DNA of 64,000 nucleotides from Bdellovibrionota bacterium (lineage in GTDB: Bacteria > Bdellovibrionota > UBA1018 > CAIPTA01 > JAALKR01): NCBI GenBank assembly GCA_965207455.1, contig CBDBMJ010000001.1, positions 704,001-768,000 of the forward strand, read 5' to 3'. The translations under genes and the position numbers were made by a program. Each line of letters starts with the position of its first letter. The stretch's first letter is position 1. The notes beneath the pieces are model-generated. The model ran no database searches, had not been told where the DNA came from, and saw only the letters and a list, made by a program, of their open reading frames with translations. Positions 46,351-57,490 of this stretch are shown here, piece after piece.

Positions 46351-48444
46351 TTAATCTTCTTTCTCTTTAGTGTCTCCTCTAGCAAAAATAGAAGCCACAT
46401 AATTAAGCACATCAGTAGCAGATATCTCATCATAACCAAAATCGTTAATTAAACGGTTTTTCACCACATCAATTTTTTCTTGTGCCGATTTATCCACCAC
46501 GTTTGAAATTAAAGTAGAGAGCTTAATAGAATCTTTTTGGTCTTCAAATAATTTAGATTCCAATGCTTTATGTAATCGCTCGTTCGTCTTGTAGTTAAAC
46601 TTTTTGCCCTCTACAGCCAATGCTCCAATATAGTTCATAATTTCTCTACGGAAGTCATCTTTCCGAGATTCCAATATGTCGATCTTTTCCTCAACAGAAC
46701 GCATGAGCCTCTCATCAGGCTCCTCCACTTGTCCTGTATAGCTATTACGAATTTTTTCTTTTTGAGTATAGGCTTTTACACTATCAATATAATTTCCGCA
46801 TAGGCTGGCAATAGCATTTTCATCTGATGAAATAGCTCGCTGAACTTCATTTTTAACAATATCTTCATACTCTTGCTTTACCAAAACTAATAATTCTCGA
46901 TACTCTCTACAAGACTCTTCATCAGAGGCTAATGTATTTCTCAAAAGACCGCTCTCCAACTCATTAAATACCATAAATGGATTAATACAACCAAGATGCC
47001 CATACTTTACCAAAGCATTAGATATTTTATCTTGAATATACCTAGGTGAAATACCATCTAAGCCCTCTCTAACGGCTTCCTTGCGTAACTCTTTTACATT
47101 TTCTTCCGTATAACCACTAAGGGTTTTTCCATCATATAACTTTAACTTTTGCATGAGAGTGAGATCGTTCTTTTTGGGTCGCTCCAGTCGGGTGAGAATG
47201 GCCCAAATGGCAGCCATTTCTATGGTATGGGGAGCAATACTAATATTATCTACTTTTCCCTTACCAAAATCTTTTTCATATATTTTTATCTCTTCATGAA
47301 GCTTTGTAATATATGGAATATCTATCTTTATGGTTCGATCCCTAAGGGCTTCCATGAATTCATTATTTTGGAGTTTTCGAAACTCTGGCTCATTGGTGTG
47401 ACCAATAATAACTTCGTCAATATAGGTTTGAGCGAATTTTTTAGGTTTTACCATATGCTCCTGAGACGCCCCTAAAAGGTCGTAAAGGAAAGCTACATCT
47501 AACTTCAAAACTTCTATAAATTCCACCAATCCACGATTAGCAACTTGGAATTCACCGTCGAAATTAAACGCTCTTGGGTCCGAATCAGAACCATACTCAG
47601 CAATCTTCCGATAATTAATATCTCCTGTAAGCTCCGTAGAATCTTGGTTTTTCTCATCTTTAGGTTGAAATGTGCCAATCCCCCGTCGATCTCTTTCTGA
47701 AAGCACAAAACGGAATACTCGAATATGCTCTGCTACTTTTCCCCAATCACCATTATAACGATCCATTAATTTAGTGTAAATATAACGACAAGGAGGGGAC
47801 AATTGACCATTAACTTTTATTTTATAAGAGTTTTTATTATTTCTATTTAATTTTTCCTCCACCTGAGGACGAAACTCTGTGGGAATAAGTAGAAGAGGCT
47901 CTTCATTCATAGGGGAATTCATTGTCTTAGAAGAAACCCCAAGGAGTTCCTCGCTTCCCTCACTCTCATCTTCCCAGCGGAAAGTATAAATACTGCCTTC
48001 GTCTGTATGGGAATAGCGCTCTAATCCTTGTTTTAAAAGACGGGTAATCGTGGATTTTGCGGATCCTACAGGACCATGGAGCAGGAGCACTCGTTTTTCT
48101 GTGCCATAACCAAGGGCTGCACTCTGTATAAAATTCACCAATTTCATTAAGGAAATATCTAAGCCATAGATAGCGTCTTTTCCATCATTAACAGGGTCGT
48201 CAAAGAATTTATAATGGGTTACTTTCTTTTTGTAATCCGTATGGGTACTAGTTCCATAACTTAAAATCATATCGTACATGCGCTGAAATGCATTTCTGGC
48301 TGGATTTGGCGATTTTTCCAACATTGCCACATATTCGGATAAGCTTCCTTCCCAATGCAAATTCTGGTAGTCTTTGGGCTTCTGTAGCTTTTTAATCGTA
48401 TCAATAATTTCTGATCTTGATTCCTGCATAAATTCCTCCTTCAT
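46351..48444 (-). CDS. prkA: PrkA/YeaG AAA+ serine protein kinase
   Basis: [57 protein letters not shown]. Confidence 0.96.
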   Translation of the reverse strand: MKEEFMQESRSEIIDTIKKLQKPKDYQNLHWEGSLSEYVAMLEKSPNPARNAFQRMYDMILSYGTSTHTDYKKKVTHYKFFDDPVNDGKDAIYGLDISLMKLVNFIQSAALGYGTEKRVLLLHGPVGSAKSTITRLLKQGLERYSHTDEGSIYTFRWEDESEGSEELLGVSSKTMNSPMNEEPLLLIPTEFRPQVEEKLNRNNKNSYKIKVNGQLSPPCRYIYTKLMDRYNGDWGKVAEHIRVFRFVLSERDRRGIGTFQPKDEKNQDSTELTGDINYRKIAEYGSDSDPRAFNFDGEFQVANRGLVEFIEVLKLDVAFLYDLLGASQEHMVKPKKFAQTYIDEVIIGHTNEPEFRKLQNNEFMEALRDRTIKIDIPYITKLHEEIKIYEKDFGKGKVDNISIAPHTIEMAAIWAILTRLERPKKNDLTLMQKLKLYDGKTLSGYTEENVKELRKEAVREGLDGISPRYIQDKISNALVKYGHLGCINPFMVFNELESGLLRNTLASDEESCREYRELLVLVKQEYEDIVKNEVQRAISSDENAIASLCGNYIDSVKAYTQKEKIRNSYTGQVEEPDERLMRSVEEKIDILESRKDDFRREIMNYIGALAVEGKKFNYKTNERLHKALESKLFEDQKDSIKLSTLISNVVDKSAQEKIDVVKNRLINDFGYDEISATDVLNYVASIFARGDTKEKED

Positions 48445-48577
48445 TTAAATATAGTATAGCACCCGTCCTTATTTTAGGATCAAAAAATCAGCCCAATAAC
48501 ACGGTTTCCGCACTTAAATATCTTTTAGTCTACTATACAAGAATACTTGAACTTGTTAAAATTAAAACAAGAAAACA

Positions 48578-49333
48578 ATGAAATTTATTTCCTCCAGTAA
48601 AACAGATATTGGCCGCAAGCGAAAAACAAATCAAGATAGCTTTGGTACGGACCCTAGTAACCAATTACATGTACTGGCTGATGGAATGGGAGGACACGCT
48701 GGAGGAGAATATGCCAGCAAAGTTTGTGTGGAACAAATCATTCAGTCCATTCAAGAGAAGAATCCAAAATCAACGGATCCCAAAGAATGGATTTCAAAAG
48801 CCATCGTCCATGCCGGCAATGTAATATTTAAAAAAGGACAAGAAGAAAAAACCCTGCAAGGAATGGGCACCACAGTGGACACCTTACTCTTCCAGAAGGA
48901 TATGCTCTATATTGGTCATGTGGGTGATAGCCGTGTATACCTGATACGGAACGGGCTAATTTGGCAGTTGACCCATGATCATAGCTTAGTAAATGAGAAA
49001 TTCCGATCTGGGCTCATCAGTAGAGAGCAAATGGAAACAGACCCAAATAAAAATGTGATTACCCGATCCGTTGGCTTTGAATCCATAGTTGAGGTTGACG
49101 TGTATACAAAAAAAGTCGCCCCCGGGGATCTCTATCTTGCCTGCTCAGATGGCTTAAACTCCATGCTCAAGGATAAAGAAATCCTAGCCCTTGTGGAAAA
49201 AACAGAGGAAACAGCAACTCCCAGTGAGGAAAATCTTAGTAATATGATTGACAGGCTTATCGAATCAGCAAATAATCGGGGAGGATTGGACAATACTACA
49301 GTAGTTTTAGTAAAAGCAGAGAATTATGCATAG
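48578..49333 (+). CDS. PP2C (Stp1/PrpC-type) Ser/Thr phosphatase
   Basis: TDIGRKRKTNQD, LADGMGGH, GMGTT, HVGDSR, CSDGL, GGLDNTT. Confidence 0.95.
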   Translation: MKFISSSKTDIGRKRKTNQDSFGTDPSNQLHVLADGMGGHAGGEYASKVCVEQIIQSIQEKNPKSTDPKEWISKAIVHAGNVIFKKGQEEKTLQGMGTTVDTLLFQKDMLYIGHVGDSRVYLIRNGLIWQLTHDHSLVNEKFRSGLISREQMETDPNKNVITRSVGFESIVEVDVYTKKVAPGDLYLACSDGLNSMLKDKEILALVEKTEETATPSEENLSNMIDRLIESANNRGGLDNTTVVLVKAENYA

Positions 49334-49414
49334 CATTAATTTGATTTCTGTTCGTGACTATTGCAAAAAATTCCTTTATCTTATAATAGTATTAAAGCTC
49401 CTAGGAGGTTCCTT

Positions 49415-50581
49415 TTGAACAAGTTTTTTACCATTTTACTTATCCCTGAAAAGACAAAAAAAGTAAAAAAATTCATTCTCCCCTTGGCCCATATACGTGT
49501 AGGAGCGGCCCTTAGCCTGCTTGCCGTCTTCTTCATTGCATTTATGTTCTATGACTATGTAAGTGTTATGCAACAACTCGTGGAAAATCGAAATTTAGTA
49601 ACAGAAAACAAGCAACTTAGGAAAAAAATTCAATCCTTTCAAAATAAGCTCACTAACCTGGAATCCTCTTTAGAGCGAATCCAAATTTTTGCCACGAAAC
49701 TTCGCATTATTACAAATCAAGGAGACAAAAATGTAGAGGAATTGAAGAAAAAGACCTATAAAGACATCCCTGGTACTCCCATGGACGATCTCTCCGTTCC
49801 GCCCGGTCTTGGGGCATGGAATGATCCTGGAGATATAGATCCTCCCCAAACTTATAAACTCAAAGGTCAGGACTTTTTAAAAACCAATTCCTCTGCTCTG
49901 ACCCCCATAAACAGAACATCTGACGGTAAAATTTCCAACCTCCTACTCCCTCCCCCTTCTCAAGAAGAATTGAAAAAAAAAAGGCAAGCAACAAAAAACA
50001 ATAAAAGCATACAAAAGATAAGCGACCTCCTTCACCAAGACCAGGATTTTGCCAGTGACCAACGACTAGAAAAAGAGTTTTATACTCTCGACAAAAATTT
50101 TGGATCTCTCGAAGAGTTAAGCAAAAATGTGGAAGTTACAGTGCAACTCTTGGGTAGCACTCTTATTGATCAGAAAGACTATCTAATGAGAACCCCCACC
50201 TTGATGCCCACAAAAGGCTGGTATACTAGTGGTTTTGGAATGAGGAAATCACCATTTACTAACCAACCCAATATGCATGAAGGCTTAGACATTGCCAATC
50301 ACTATGGTAGACCTATTATAGCGCCGGCATACGGTATCGTTTCTTTTGCTGGCGTACGTCCTGGTTATGGACGGATAGTGACCATTGACCATGGATATAG
50401 AATACAAACCCAATATGGACATGTCTCCAATTATTATGTGAAAGAAGGAGATCGGGTACGGCGAGGACAAAAAATTGCATCCGTCGGCAGCACAGGACGT
50501 TCTACGGGCCCGCATTTACATTATGAGGTGCGTGTAAATGGTATACCCGTAGACCCTATTTACTATATACTTAATAATTGA
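49415..50581 (+). CDS. M23 family peptidase with TM and coiled coil
   Basis: HEGLD, YGH, GRSTGPHLHYEV; start set to TTG 49415 after RBS AGGAGG. Confidence 0.92.
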   Translation: MNKFFTILLIPEKTKKVKKFILPLAHIRVGAALSLLAVFFIAFMFYDYVSVMQQLVENRNLVTENKQLRKKIQSFQNKLTNLESSLERIQIFATKLRIITNQGDKNVEELKKKTYKDIPGTPMDDLSVPPGLGAWNDPGDIDPPQTYKLKGQDFLKTNSSALTPINRTSDGKISNLLLPPPSQEELKKKRQATKNNKSIQKISDLLHQDQDFASDQRLEKEFYTLDKNFGSLEELSKNVEVTVQLLGSTLIDQKDYLMRTPTLMPTKGWYTSGFGMRKSPFTNQPNMHEGLDIANHYGRPIIAPAYGIVSFAGVRPGYGRIVTIDHGYRIQTQYGHVSNYYVKEGDRVRRGQKIASVGSTGRSTGPHLHYEVRVNGIPVDPIYYILNN

Positions 50582-50593
50582 AGACTTTGACTA

Positions 50594-53224
50594 ATGCTAA
50601 TTAATATTGCTCGAAAAATTTTTGGTACTCAAAATGATAGAGACTTAAAAAGTCTAGTGCCTACTATAGAAAAAATAAATTCCCTAGAGCCTCAAATGCA
50701 AGCTCTTACGAATGATGAGCTCAAGGAAAAAACAAACCATTTTAAAGACAGATTTTCCAAGGGAGAAACTCTTGAACAACTACTTCCAGAGGCTTTTGCA
50801 GTGGTACGAGAAGCCTCCATACGTGTTCAGCAAATGCGTCACTATGATGTGCAGTTAGTGGGTGGCATTGCTCTTCACGAAGGAAAAATCGCAGAAATGA
50901 AAACAGGTGAGGGAAAAACCCTAGTGGCTACTCTTCCCATCTATCTCAATGCTTTAGCTGGAGAAGGTGTACATGTGGTTACGGTGAATGACTATCTGGC
51001 GGAAAGAGACTCAAAGTGGATGGGAAAAGTTTATACTTTTTTAGGAATGAGTACAGGAGTTATTCTCCACGGCTTAACAGATGAGGAACGTAAAAATAAT
51101 TACAACGCAGATATTACTTATGGAACAAATAATGAATTTGGTTTTGACTATCTAAGAGACAATATGAAATTCAATATAGAGGATTATACCCAAAGACCTT
51201 TCTATTACTGCATTGTGGACGAGGTAGACTCTATTCTCATTGACGAGGCTAGAACTCCTTTAATTATTTCTGGTCCAACCGATGACTCTACAGATAAATA
51301 CCAAACGATTAATAAAATTGCACCTAAACTACAAAAAGATATCCATTATACAATTGATGAGAAAGCAAAATCTTGTGCTTTAAATGAAGATGGGATCGCC
51401 CATGTGGAGAAAATTTTAAATATTGAAAACCTCTATGACCCTTCCAATATAGATACTTTGCATCATATTCAACAAGCCATTCGAGCCCACTCCATGTATA
51501 GAAGTAATGTGGACTATGTGGTCAAGGACAATCAAGTTCTTATTGTAGATGAATTTACAGGACGAGTAATGCCAGGACGTCGATGGGGCGATGGTCTTCA
51601 CCAAGCCATTGAAGCCAAAGAAGGGGTAACCGTTGAAAAAGAAAACCAAACTCTAGCTTCTGTGACATTTCAGAATTTCTTTCGTATGTATGAAAAACTT
51701 TCAGGCATGACAGGAACAGCAGACACAGAGGCCGCAGAATTTAAAAGTATCTATAAGTTAGATGTACTTGTCATTCCCACTAATCGTCCCCTAGATCGTA
51801 AAGATCAAAATGACTTAATTTATAAAGATATAAATGCAAAATTTGAAGCTATTGCAAAAGAGATTCAAGAGCTACATAGTAAAAAACAACCCATGCTTGT
51901 GGGAACAATCTCTATTGAGAACAGTGAACGGTTGTCAAGAGCCTTAAAGAAACGAAATATTCCTCATAACGTTCTAAATGCAAAATACCATTTAGAGGAA
52001 GCCAGTATCATAGCCCAAGCTGGAAGATCGGGTTCTGTAACCATAGCCACTAATATGGCAGGACGGGGAACGGATATCGTTCTAGGGGGTAACCCTGAGG
52101 CTTTAGCCAAGCTCGAAACTCAAGAGGGAACTCCTGAATTTAATGAAAAAGTGGAAGAGTTTAAAGAAATTTGCAGAAAAGACCGAGACGTAGTGGTTGA
52201 GGCTGGAGGTCTGATGATTTTAGGAACGGAGCGCCATGAGAGTCGTCGTATTGATAACCAATTACGGGGACGATCAGGTCGTCAGGGAGACCCCGGAGAA
52301 TCTCGATTTTTCCTTTCTTTGGAAGACGACCTATTCCGAGTATTTGGTGGAGAACGCATAAAAACTTTTATGGGAGGCAGCTTAGACGATGAAGCCATTG
52401 AGCACCCATGGTTATCCAAAGCTATTGCCAATGCCCAAAAGAAAGTAGAGGGTCATAACTTTGATATTCGTAAGCATTTACTGCAATACGATGACGTTAT
52501 GAATCTCCAACGAACCTCAATCTATAATCTTAGAAGAGATATATTAGAGGAAGAAACCCTAGAAAAAACACTGCATACCTTTATTGAATCTCTAGCTAAA
52601 GTATTCACAAATGCATTTGCCATGGCAAGAAAGCCCCTGAGGGACTGGAATATTGAGGGGCTAAACCAAGCACTCCATTCCGCTTTCTACCGGCCTATAC
52701 CCATTGAAATCAGTGATATTGATGATGCTTCAAATAATGCATTATATACTACCATCTCGGATAAATTAAAAAAAATCTACCAAGAAAAACGCTTAGAATT
52801 AGGGGAGCATACTCAGGAAGTAGAACGAATGTTTAGTCTTTCGACCATCGATCAACTGTGGAAGGAACATTTAGCGCAAATTGACCATTTAAGAGAGGGT
52901 ATCGGACTGAGAGGATATGCCCAAAAGGATCCTCTTTTGGAATACAAAAAAGAATCTTTCCACATGTTCCAAAATATGTTGCGTCAGATCAAGCAAGATA
53001 TTATAACAAAAATATTCAATGTACAACTTAGAGAAGAGGAAGTAGAGTCAGAGATTACACGCTATGAAAAAGAAAAACAAAAAAATATAGATATGGCCAT
53101 GAGACTTGGAAATCCCGGCTCATCATCGCCTCAACCCACTGTTCACGCAACAGAAAAAGTGAAGAGAAATGATCCATGCCCTTGTGGAAGTGGAAAGAAA
53201 TATAAAAAATGCCATGGTAGATAA
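50594..53224 (+). CDS. secA: Preprotein translocase ATPase SecA
   Basis: [38 protein letters not shown]-terminal [18 protein letters not shown]. Confidence 0.99.
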   Translation: MLINIARKIFGTQNDRDLKSLVPTIEKINSLEPQMQALTNDELKEKTNHFKDRFSKGETLEQLLPEAFAVVREASIRVQQMRHYDVQLVGGIALHEGKIAEMKTGEGKTLVATLPIYLNALAGEGVHVVTVNDYLAERDSKWMGKVYTFLGMSTGVILHGLTDEERKNNYNADITYGTNNEFGFDYLRDNMKFNIEDYTQRPFYYCIVDEVDSILIDEARTPLIISGPTDDSTDKYQTINKIAPKLQKDIHYTIDEKAKSCALNEDGIAHVEKILNIENLYDPSNIDTLHHIQQAIRAHSMYRSNVDYVVKDNQVLIVDEFTGRVMPGRRWGDGLHQAIEAKEGVTVEKENQTLASVTFQNFFRMYEKLSGMTGTADTEAAEFKSIYKLDVLVIPTNRPLDRKDQNDLIYKDINAKFEAIAKEIQELHSKKQPMLVGTISIENSERLSRALKKRNIPHNVLNAKYHLEEASIIAQAGRSGSVTIATNMAGRGTDIVLGGNPEALAKLETQEGTPEFNEKVEEFKEICRKDRDVVVEAGGLMILGTERHESRRIDNQLRGRSGRQGDPGESRFFLSLEDDLFRVFGGERIKTFMGGSLDDEAIEHPWLSKAIANAQKKVEGHNFDIRKHLLQYDDVMNLQRTSIYNLRRDILEEETLEKTLHTFIESLAKVFTNAFAMARKPLRDWNIEGLNQALHSAFYRPIPIEISDIDDASNNALYTTISDKLKKIYQEKRLELGEHTQEVERMFSLSTIDQLWKEHLAQIDHLREGIGLRGYAQKDPLLEYKKESFHMFQNMLRQIKQDIITKIFNVQLREEEVESEITRYEKEKQKNIDMAMRLGNPGSSSPQPTVHATEKVKRNDPCPCGSGKKYKKCHGR

Positions 53225-55622
53225 TAAAAGAAGAAAAATAGAATCTATCTTAGAGAATGCTCTAGAGCAAATGTCAGCTGGCCATAGCGCTTCCTATGTG
53301 TACCACTATACTCCCCATGTGCCCAATGATTGGAGCATGGAGTATTTTCAAAACACATTAGAACGCCTTAGTATGAAAAAAGAGCTGAAAGAAAAAAAAG
53401 AAGCAATCATCAAAGAGCTCAAAGAAAAAGATATTTTAACTGCTGAGTTAGAATTGCAAATCAAAAATGCATTCAATTTTATAGATCTAGAGGATATATA
53501 TTTACCTCATAAACATGGGAAGCAAACAGCAGCAACCCAAGCAAAGAAAAATGGACTAGAAGAATTTGCCAATTGGATATGGGAAGTGGGTCACCAAACA
53601 GAACCTTCTCCCGACACTCCAAGTTTAGAAGAAAAAGCCAAAGAGTTTATAAAGGAAGATGACCCAAGTAAAGATGAAAAATTTGTAATAAACGGCGCTC
53701 AAAGTATTATTGTTGAACGAATTGCAGAAACTACAAAATTAAGAGCTGCTGTTCGAGAAAATGTGATGCAAAAAAGTATTTTAACCACCACTAAAGGCAC
53801 AAGAACAAAAATAAAATCTAAATATACTCGATTCTATAATTATAAAGAATCCATGGCTTCTATTAAATCCACTGGAGGCAGTCAACGATACTTAACGATA
53901 CTAAAAGGCGTAGATTCTAATGAGTTAATGGTACGCGTAGAAAGTACAAATAAAAAAAATCACCTAAAACTTTTTGAAGACTTTGCTTGTAGCAAATCAG
54001 GATCACCTGTAGATGAATTTTTACTCAATGCTGCTCGACTCTCTTTAAATGGAAATGTTTATACCGCTATAGAACATGAAGCTTCCAAATACCTGAAAGA
54101 TAAAGCAGAAAGAAAAATCAAACAAACTTTACTATCAGGTCTTACATACAGATTATCACAACCCCAATTAGGAAAATATTGTGTACTAGGAATTGAGCTA
54201 AATAATAAAAACTTCTTATCCATTGCTCTCATTAGCGAGAAAGGAGAACTGCTTGCCCACAATACTTTCCCCAATAAAACAGATGAAGACTGGGAAAAAA
54301 TTCAAAAAGAATTGGGAGAAAATTTAGACAAAATAAAAATAGCTGCCATTGCTGTAAATCATGAGTCAAAAGAAAAAATAGGTATCAGACGTATAAAGAG
54401 AGTGTTAGCAGAGAAAAAAATGAGCATTCCTCTTATTACAATTTATGATCAAGCTATTACAACCTATTCCACCAGTAGTACTGCGAGGAAAGAACACCCG
54501 GATAAGGATCCTGATGTTCGTCAAGCCATATTTCTCGCAAAATATCTCCAGAGTCCACTGGAGTCTTTGCTAAAACTAGATACTAAATTTCTCCTGACCT
54601 CATCCTTTTCGCTAAAAATGAATCAAGAAAAATTAACCAAATCCATTCATCAAACCATACAAAATGCTGTGTGCGAAGCGGGAGCAAACATAAATGAAGC
54701 TTCCAGCGCATTACTCTCTTACCTTCCTGGATTGAATAGGAAGTTAAGTGATGAAATAGTTGAGCATAGAGAAAAAAATGGAAACTTTTCCACCATAGAA
54801 GAGCTGAAAAATATTTCCTTTATAACCGACTCTCTGTACCAAGACATTGCTGGATTTATAACCTCAGACGCACCAAACCCACTGGAGCAAACAAGAATTC
54901 ATCCGGATCATTTCTCATTAATAGAAGATAATAAAATACCAGAAACACCAGAGATTAAAGAAAAACTAGGAGAAAGATACCTATCTTTAATAAAAAGAGA
55001 ACTGGAAAGAATCTCAAATTCAGAGAATACATATAAATTTCCTGAACAAAAAAATGAATTCATATCACTAGATGATATCGATATGAAAGAAGAATATATT
55101 GGCACTGTCACAAATATTACAAATTTTGGTATTTTTGTAGATTTAGGACAAGAATTGGATGGATTGATACATATTTCAGAAATACTCTATACCTCCAGTG
55201 CTTATGAAATAGCAACTGTGGGAAAAAAAATAAAGGTTTGGATAAATAATATAGATAAGGAAAAGCAGCAAATATCCCTTACACTCAAAACCCCAGAAGA
55301 AAGAGAAAGACTTGCAAGTATTCGTAAGAAAAAACGCGCCTATGCCCCAAGAAATCCTCAACCAGACAACAGAAAGAAAGAATTCTTTAAACCAAAGGAT
55401 ACTAAGCCAAAAGAAACAGAAAAGCCAAAGATGGAACCAAGGAAGAAACGTCCTCCAAAACGAGATACAAAAACAGGGGCTATTTTGAAAGAAGACACTA
55501 ATATTTATACCAGTCAACGAAGAGGCGATCAGCAGAAAAAGTTTGCCACAAAAGCTAAAGCAGCCACCTTTAATCCTTTTGCCGATCTTAATGCTCTACT
55601 GAAAAATAAAAAAGAGGAATAA
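53214..55622 (+). CDS. tex: Tex-like RNA-binding protein (HhH and S1 domains), divergent
   Basis: [34 protein letters not shown]1 [16 protein letters not shown]; start set to ATG 53214. Confidence 0.85.
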   Translation: MVDNKRRKIESILENALEQMSAGHSASYVYHYTPHVPNDWSMEYFQNTLERLSMKKELKEKKEAIIKELKEKDILTAELELQIKNAFNFIDLEDIYLPHKHGKQTAATQAKKNGLEEFANWIWEVGHQTEPSPDTPSLEEKAKEFIKEDDPSKDEKFVINGAQSIIVERIAETTKLRAAVRENVMQKSILTTTKGTRTKIKSKYTRFYNYKESMASIKSTGGSQRYLTILKGVDSNELMVRVESTNKKNHLKLFEDFACSKSGSPVDEFLLNAARLSLNGNVYTAIEHEASKYLKDKAERKIKQTLLSGLTYRLSQPQLGKYCVLGIELNNKNFLSIALISEKGELLAHNTFPNKTDEDWEKIQKELGENLDKIKIAAIAVNHESKEKIGIRRIKRVLAEKKMSIPLITIYDQAITTYSTSSTARKEHPDKDPDVRQAIFLAKYLQSPLESLLKLDTKFLLTSSFSLKMNQEKLTKSIHQTIQNAVCEAGANINEASSALLSYLPGLNRKLSDEIVEHREKNGNFSTIEELKNISFITDSLYQDIAGFITSDAPNPLEQTRIHPDHFSLIEDNKIPETPEIKEKLGERYLSLIKRELERISNSENTYKFPEQKNEFISLDDIDMKEEYIGTVTNITNFGIFVDLGQELDGLIHISEILYTSSAYEIATVGKKIKVWINNIDKEKQQISLTLKTPEERERLASIRKKKRAYAPRNPQPDNRKKEFFKPKDTKPKETEKPKMEPRKKRPPKRDTKTGAILKEDTNIYTSQRRGDQQKKFATKAKAATFNPFADLNALLKNKKEE

Positions 55623-55627
55623 AAAAC

Positions 55628-56017
55628 ATGCATGGAATATTTATGAAAATTATCCAAGGAGAAATTCCTTGTTTTAAACTATGGGAAGACGAACTCACCT
55701 TTGCCTTTTTAGACATACGCCCCGTCCACCTAGGCCACAGCCTTGTAATTCCTAAAAAAGAAGTAGACCATTTCCTAGACGTGGAAGAACCATACTATTC
55801 CGCTGTCTTTCAAACAGCAAAAAAAATTGCTCCAGCTATTCAAAAAGCAACCCAATGCAAACGGATAGGAACCTCCATTGTGGGCTTTGAAGTACCCCAC
55901 TTTCACTACCACCTCATACCCCTTTGGAGCCTCAAAGATATGGATTTTACAAAAGCCTGTGAAAGAGAAAAAGAATTAATGGAGGATATGCAACGTAAAA
56001 TACTCTCCCACCTCTAG
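55628..56017 (+). CDS. HIT family hydrolase
   Basis: IFMKIIQGEIP, AFLDIRP, GHSLVIPK, HFHYHLIP. Confidence 0.95.
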   Translation: MHGIFMKIIQGEIPCFKLWEDELTFAFLDIRPVHLGHSLVIPKKEVDHFLDVEEPYYSAVFQTAKKIAPAIQKATQCKRIGTSIVGFEVPHFHYHLIPLWSLKDMDFTKACEREKELMEDMQRKILSHL

Positions 56018-56023
56018 TGGAAA

Positions 56024-56305
56024 CTATTTACCCTCTTCAATAGTCAAAGCATAACCGCTTACTAATAATGCAAAAAATAACCCTGCTCCAAGACCAATGA
56101 ACTCTCCAAAATTATACCCAATAAAGCTCCATCCTAGAATTAAGGCAAATATAAAGAAATAAAGAATAAAAGACTGCCCGGATTCTGGGCTATTCTTATC
56201 TCTGTAGTTATCTCTGGTGTTACTTTTTTGCATTTGAATAGAGTTTAACATAAAAGCCCTTGTCATGAAATAATGCTCCATGTCGATTAATTTAATATTT
56301 CCCAT
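56024..56305 (-). CDS. Small two-TM membrane protein
   Basis: Two hydrophobic segments; start uncertain. Confidence 0.45.
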   Translation of the reverse strand: MGNIKLIDMEHYFMTRAFMLNSIQMQKSNTRDNYRDKNSPESGQSFILYFFIFALILGWSFIGYNFGEFIGLGAGLFFALLVSGYALTIEEGK

Positions 56306-56335
56306 CTATGGAAGAAAAGGGTAAAAAGAAGAAAA

Positions 56336-57490
56336 ATGGAATTACCCTACAAAAACATACTCGCTAGTGCCTTTCTTGATCTGCCCCCATGGTGCTCCCC
56401 TATTGATGTTCGATCTCCTAAAGAGTTTCAAAAAAGCTCCCTGCCAAATACTGTCAATATCCCTATTGTAAACGATCAAGAACGCCACCTAGTGGGTCTT
56501 TGCTACAAAGAACAGGGGGAGAAAGAGGCCATTCGACTAGGGCTTGAACTTACAGAAAAAAATAAACCTGCCATAATCCAGTCCTGGCAAACACATTTTA
56601 TAAAACAGGAAGCGCGTGTATTGCTATGCTGGCGTGGCGGCCTACGAAGCAAGATTGCCCAATCTTGGCTGGCAGAACAAAATACCCCTTGCCTGCGGGT
56701 AGAGGGTGGCTATAAGGAAGTAAGAAAACTATTACTATCTATCCTAGAGCGCCCCTTTTCTGGTCTTGTTTTAAGTGGAGCCACAGGTTCTAGAAAAACT
56801 CTTTTTTTACAGAAATTTCAAAAAGAATGCCATAAAAGTGCTTTTGTTGACTTGGAAGGTATTGCCTCCCATAAGGGAAGTGCTTTTGGCGGTATCATTA
56901 ATAAAGAACAACCTTTGGCTGCAAACTTTGAAAATACACTTGCCTGGACCCTATATAAGAATAAAAGCCTTCCCTTGCTCTTTGAAAATGAATCCAAATC
57001 CATTGGTCGCACCTACCTACCCAATACCTTTTTTCGTCACTTCTCCTTATTGCCGAAAATTGAATTAAAGGCGCCTATAGAAACTCGTATTAAAAATATC
57101 TATGAAGATTATATTCTAAAAGACGAAAAAGAGCATTCACAAGAAATAGTTCGCCAACACTATAGTAATGCTTTAGATAAATTATATAAAAGCCTAGGCA
57201 GCCAAAGATATAATGAAATAAAAGATGCCATGACTGCTGCTTTTGATAATAATGATCCCATACAACACTATCATTGGATTGAAAGAATATTGAAAGAGCA
57301 CTACGACCCTTGTTATGCATTTAGCTCCAAGAGGGCGGGAAGAAAAATACTTTTTTCGGGCGATAGAAAAGAAGTACACAATTTTCTAAAAAATAAAATT
57401 TTAAAAAATCAAATTTTAAAAAATCAAATTTTAACTGTACCCCACCCCTCCTCTGGCACTGAACAAACCTCTCCCACGATAGCACTATAG
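56336..57490 (+). CDS. selU: tRNA 2-selenouridine synthase
   Basis: IDVRSPKEF, CWRGGLRS rhodanese, GATGSRKT P-loop, DLEGIASHKGSAFG, ENESKSIG. Confidence 0.92.
   Translation: MELPYKNILASAFLDLPPWCSPIDVRSPKEFQKSSLPNTVNIPIVNDQERHLVGLCYKEQGEKEAIRLGLELTEKNKPAIIQSWQTHFIKQEARVLLCWRGGLRSKIAQSWLAEQNTPCLRVEGGYKEVRKLLLSILERPFSGLVLSGATGSRKTLFLQKFQKECHKSAFVDLEGIASHKGSAFGGIINKEQPLAANFENTLAWTLYKNKSLPLLFENESKSIGRTYLPNTFFRHFSLLPKIELKAPIETRIKNIYEDYILKDEKEHSQEIVRQHYSNALDKLYKSLGSQRYNEIKDAMTAAFDNNDPIQHYHWIERILKEHYDPCYAFSSKRAGRKILFSGDRKEVHNFLKNKILKNQILKNQILTVPHPSSGTEQTSPTIAL
57387..57434 (+). repeat. 15-bp tandem repeat x3 at the selU/selD junction
   Basis: TAAAAAAT(A/C)AAATTT at 57387, 57402 and 57417; encodes KNKIL-KNQIL-KNQIL. 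Confidence 0.9.

Noticed and set aside
53169..53213. 56-nt overlap of tex with secA in the ORF track
   Set aside because: ATG 53214 gives an ordinary 11-nt coupling.
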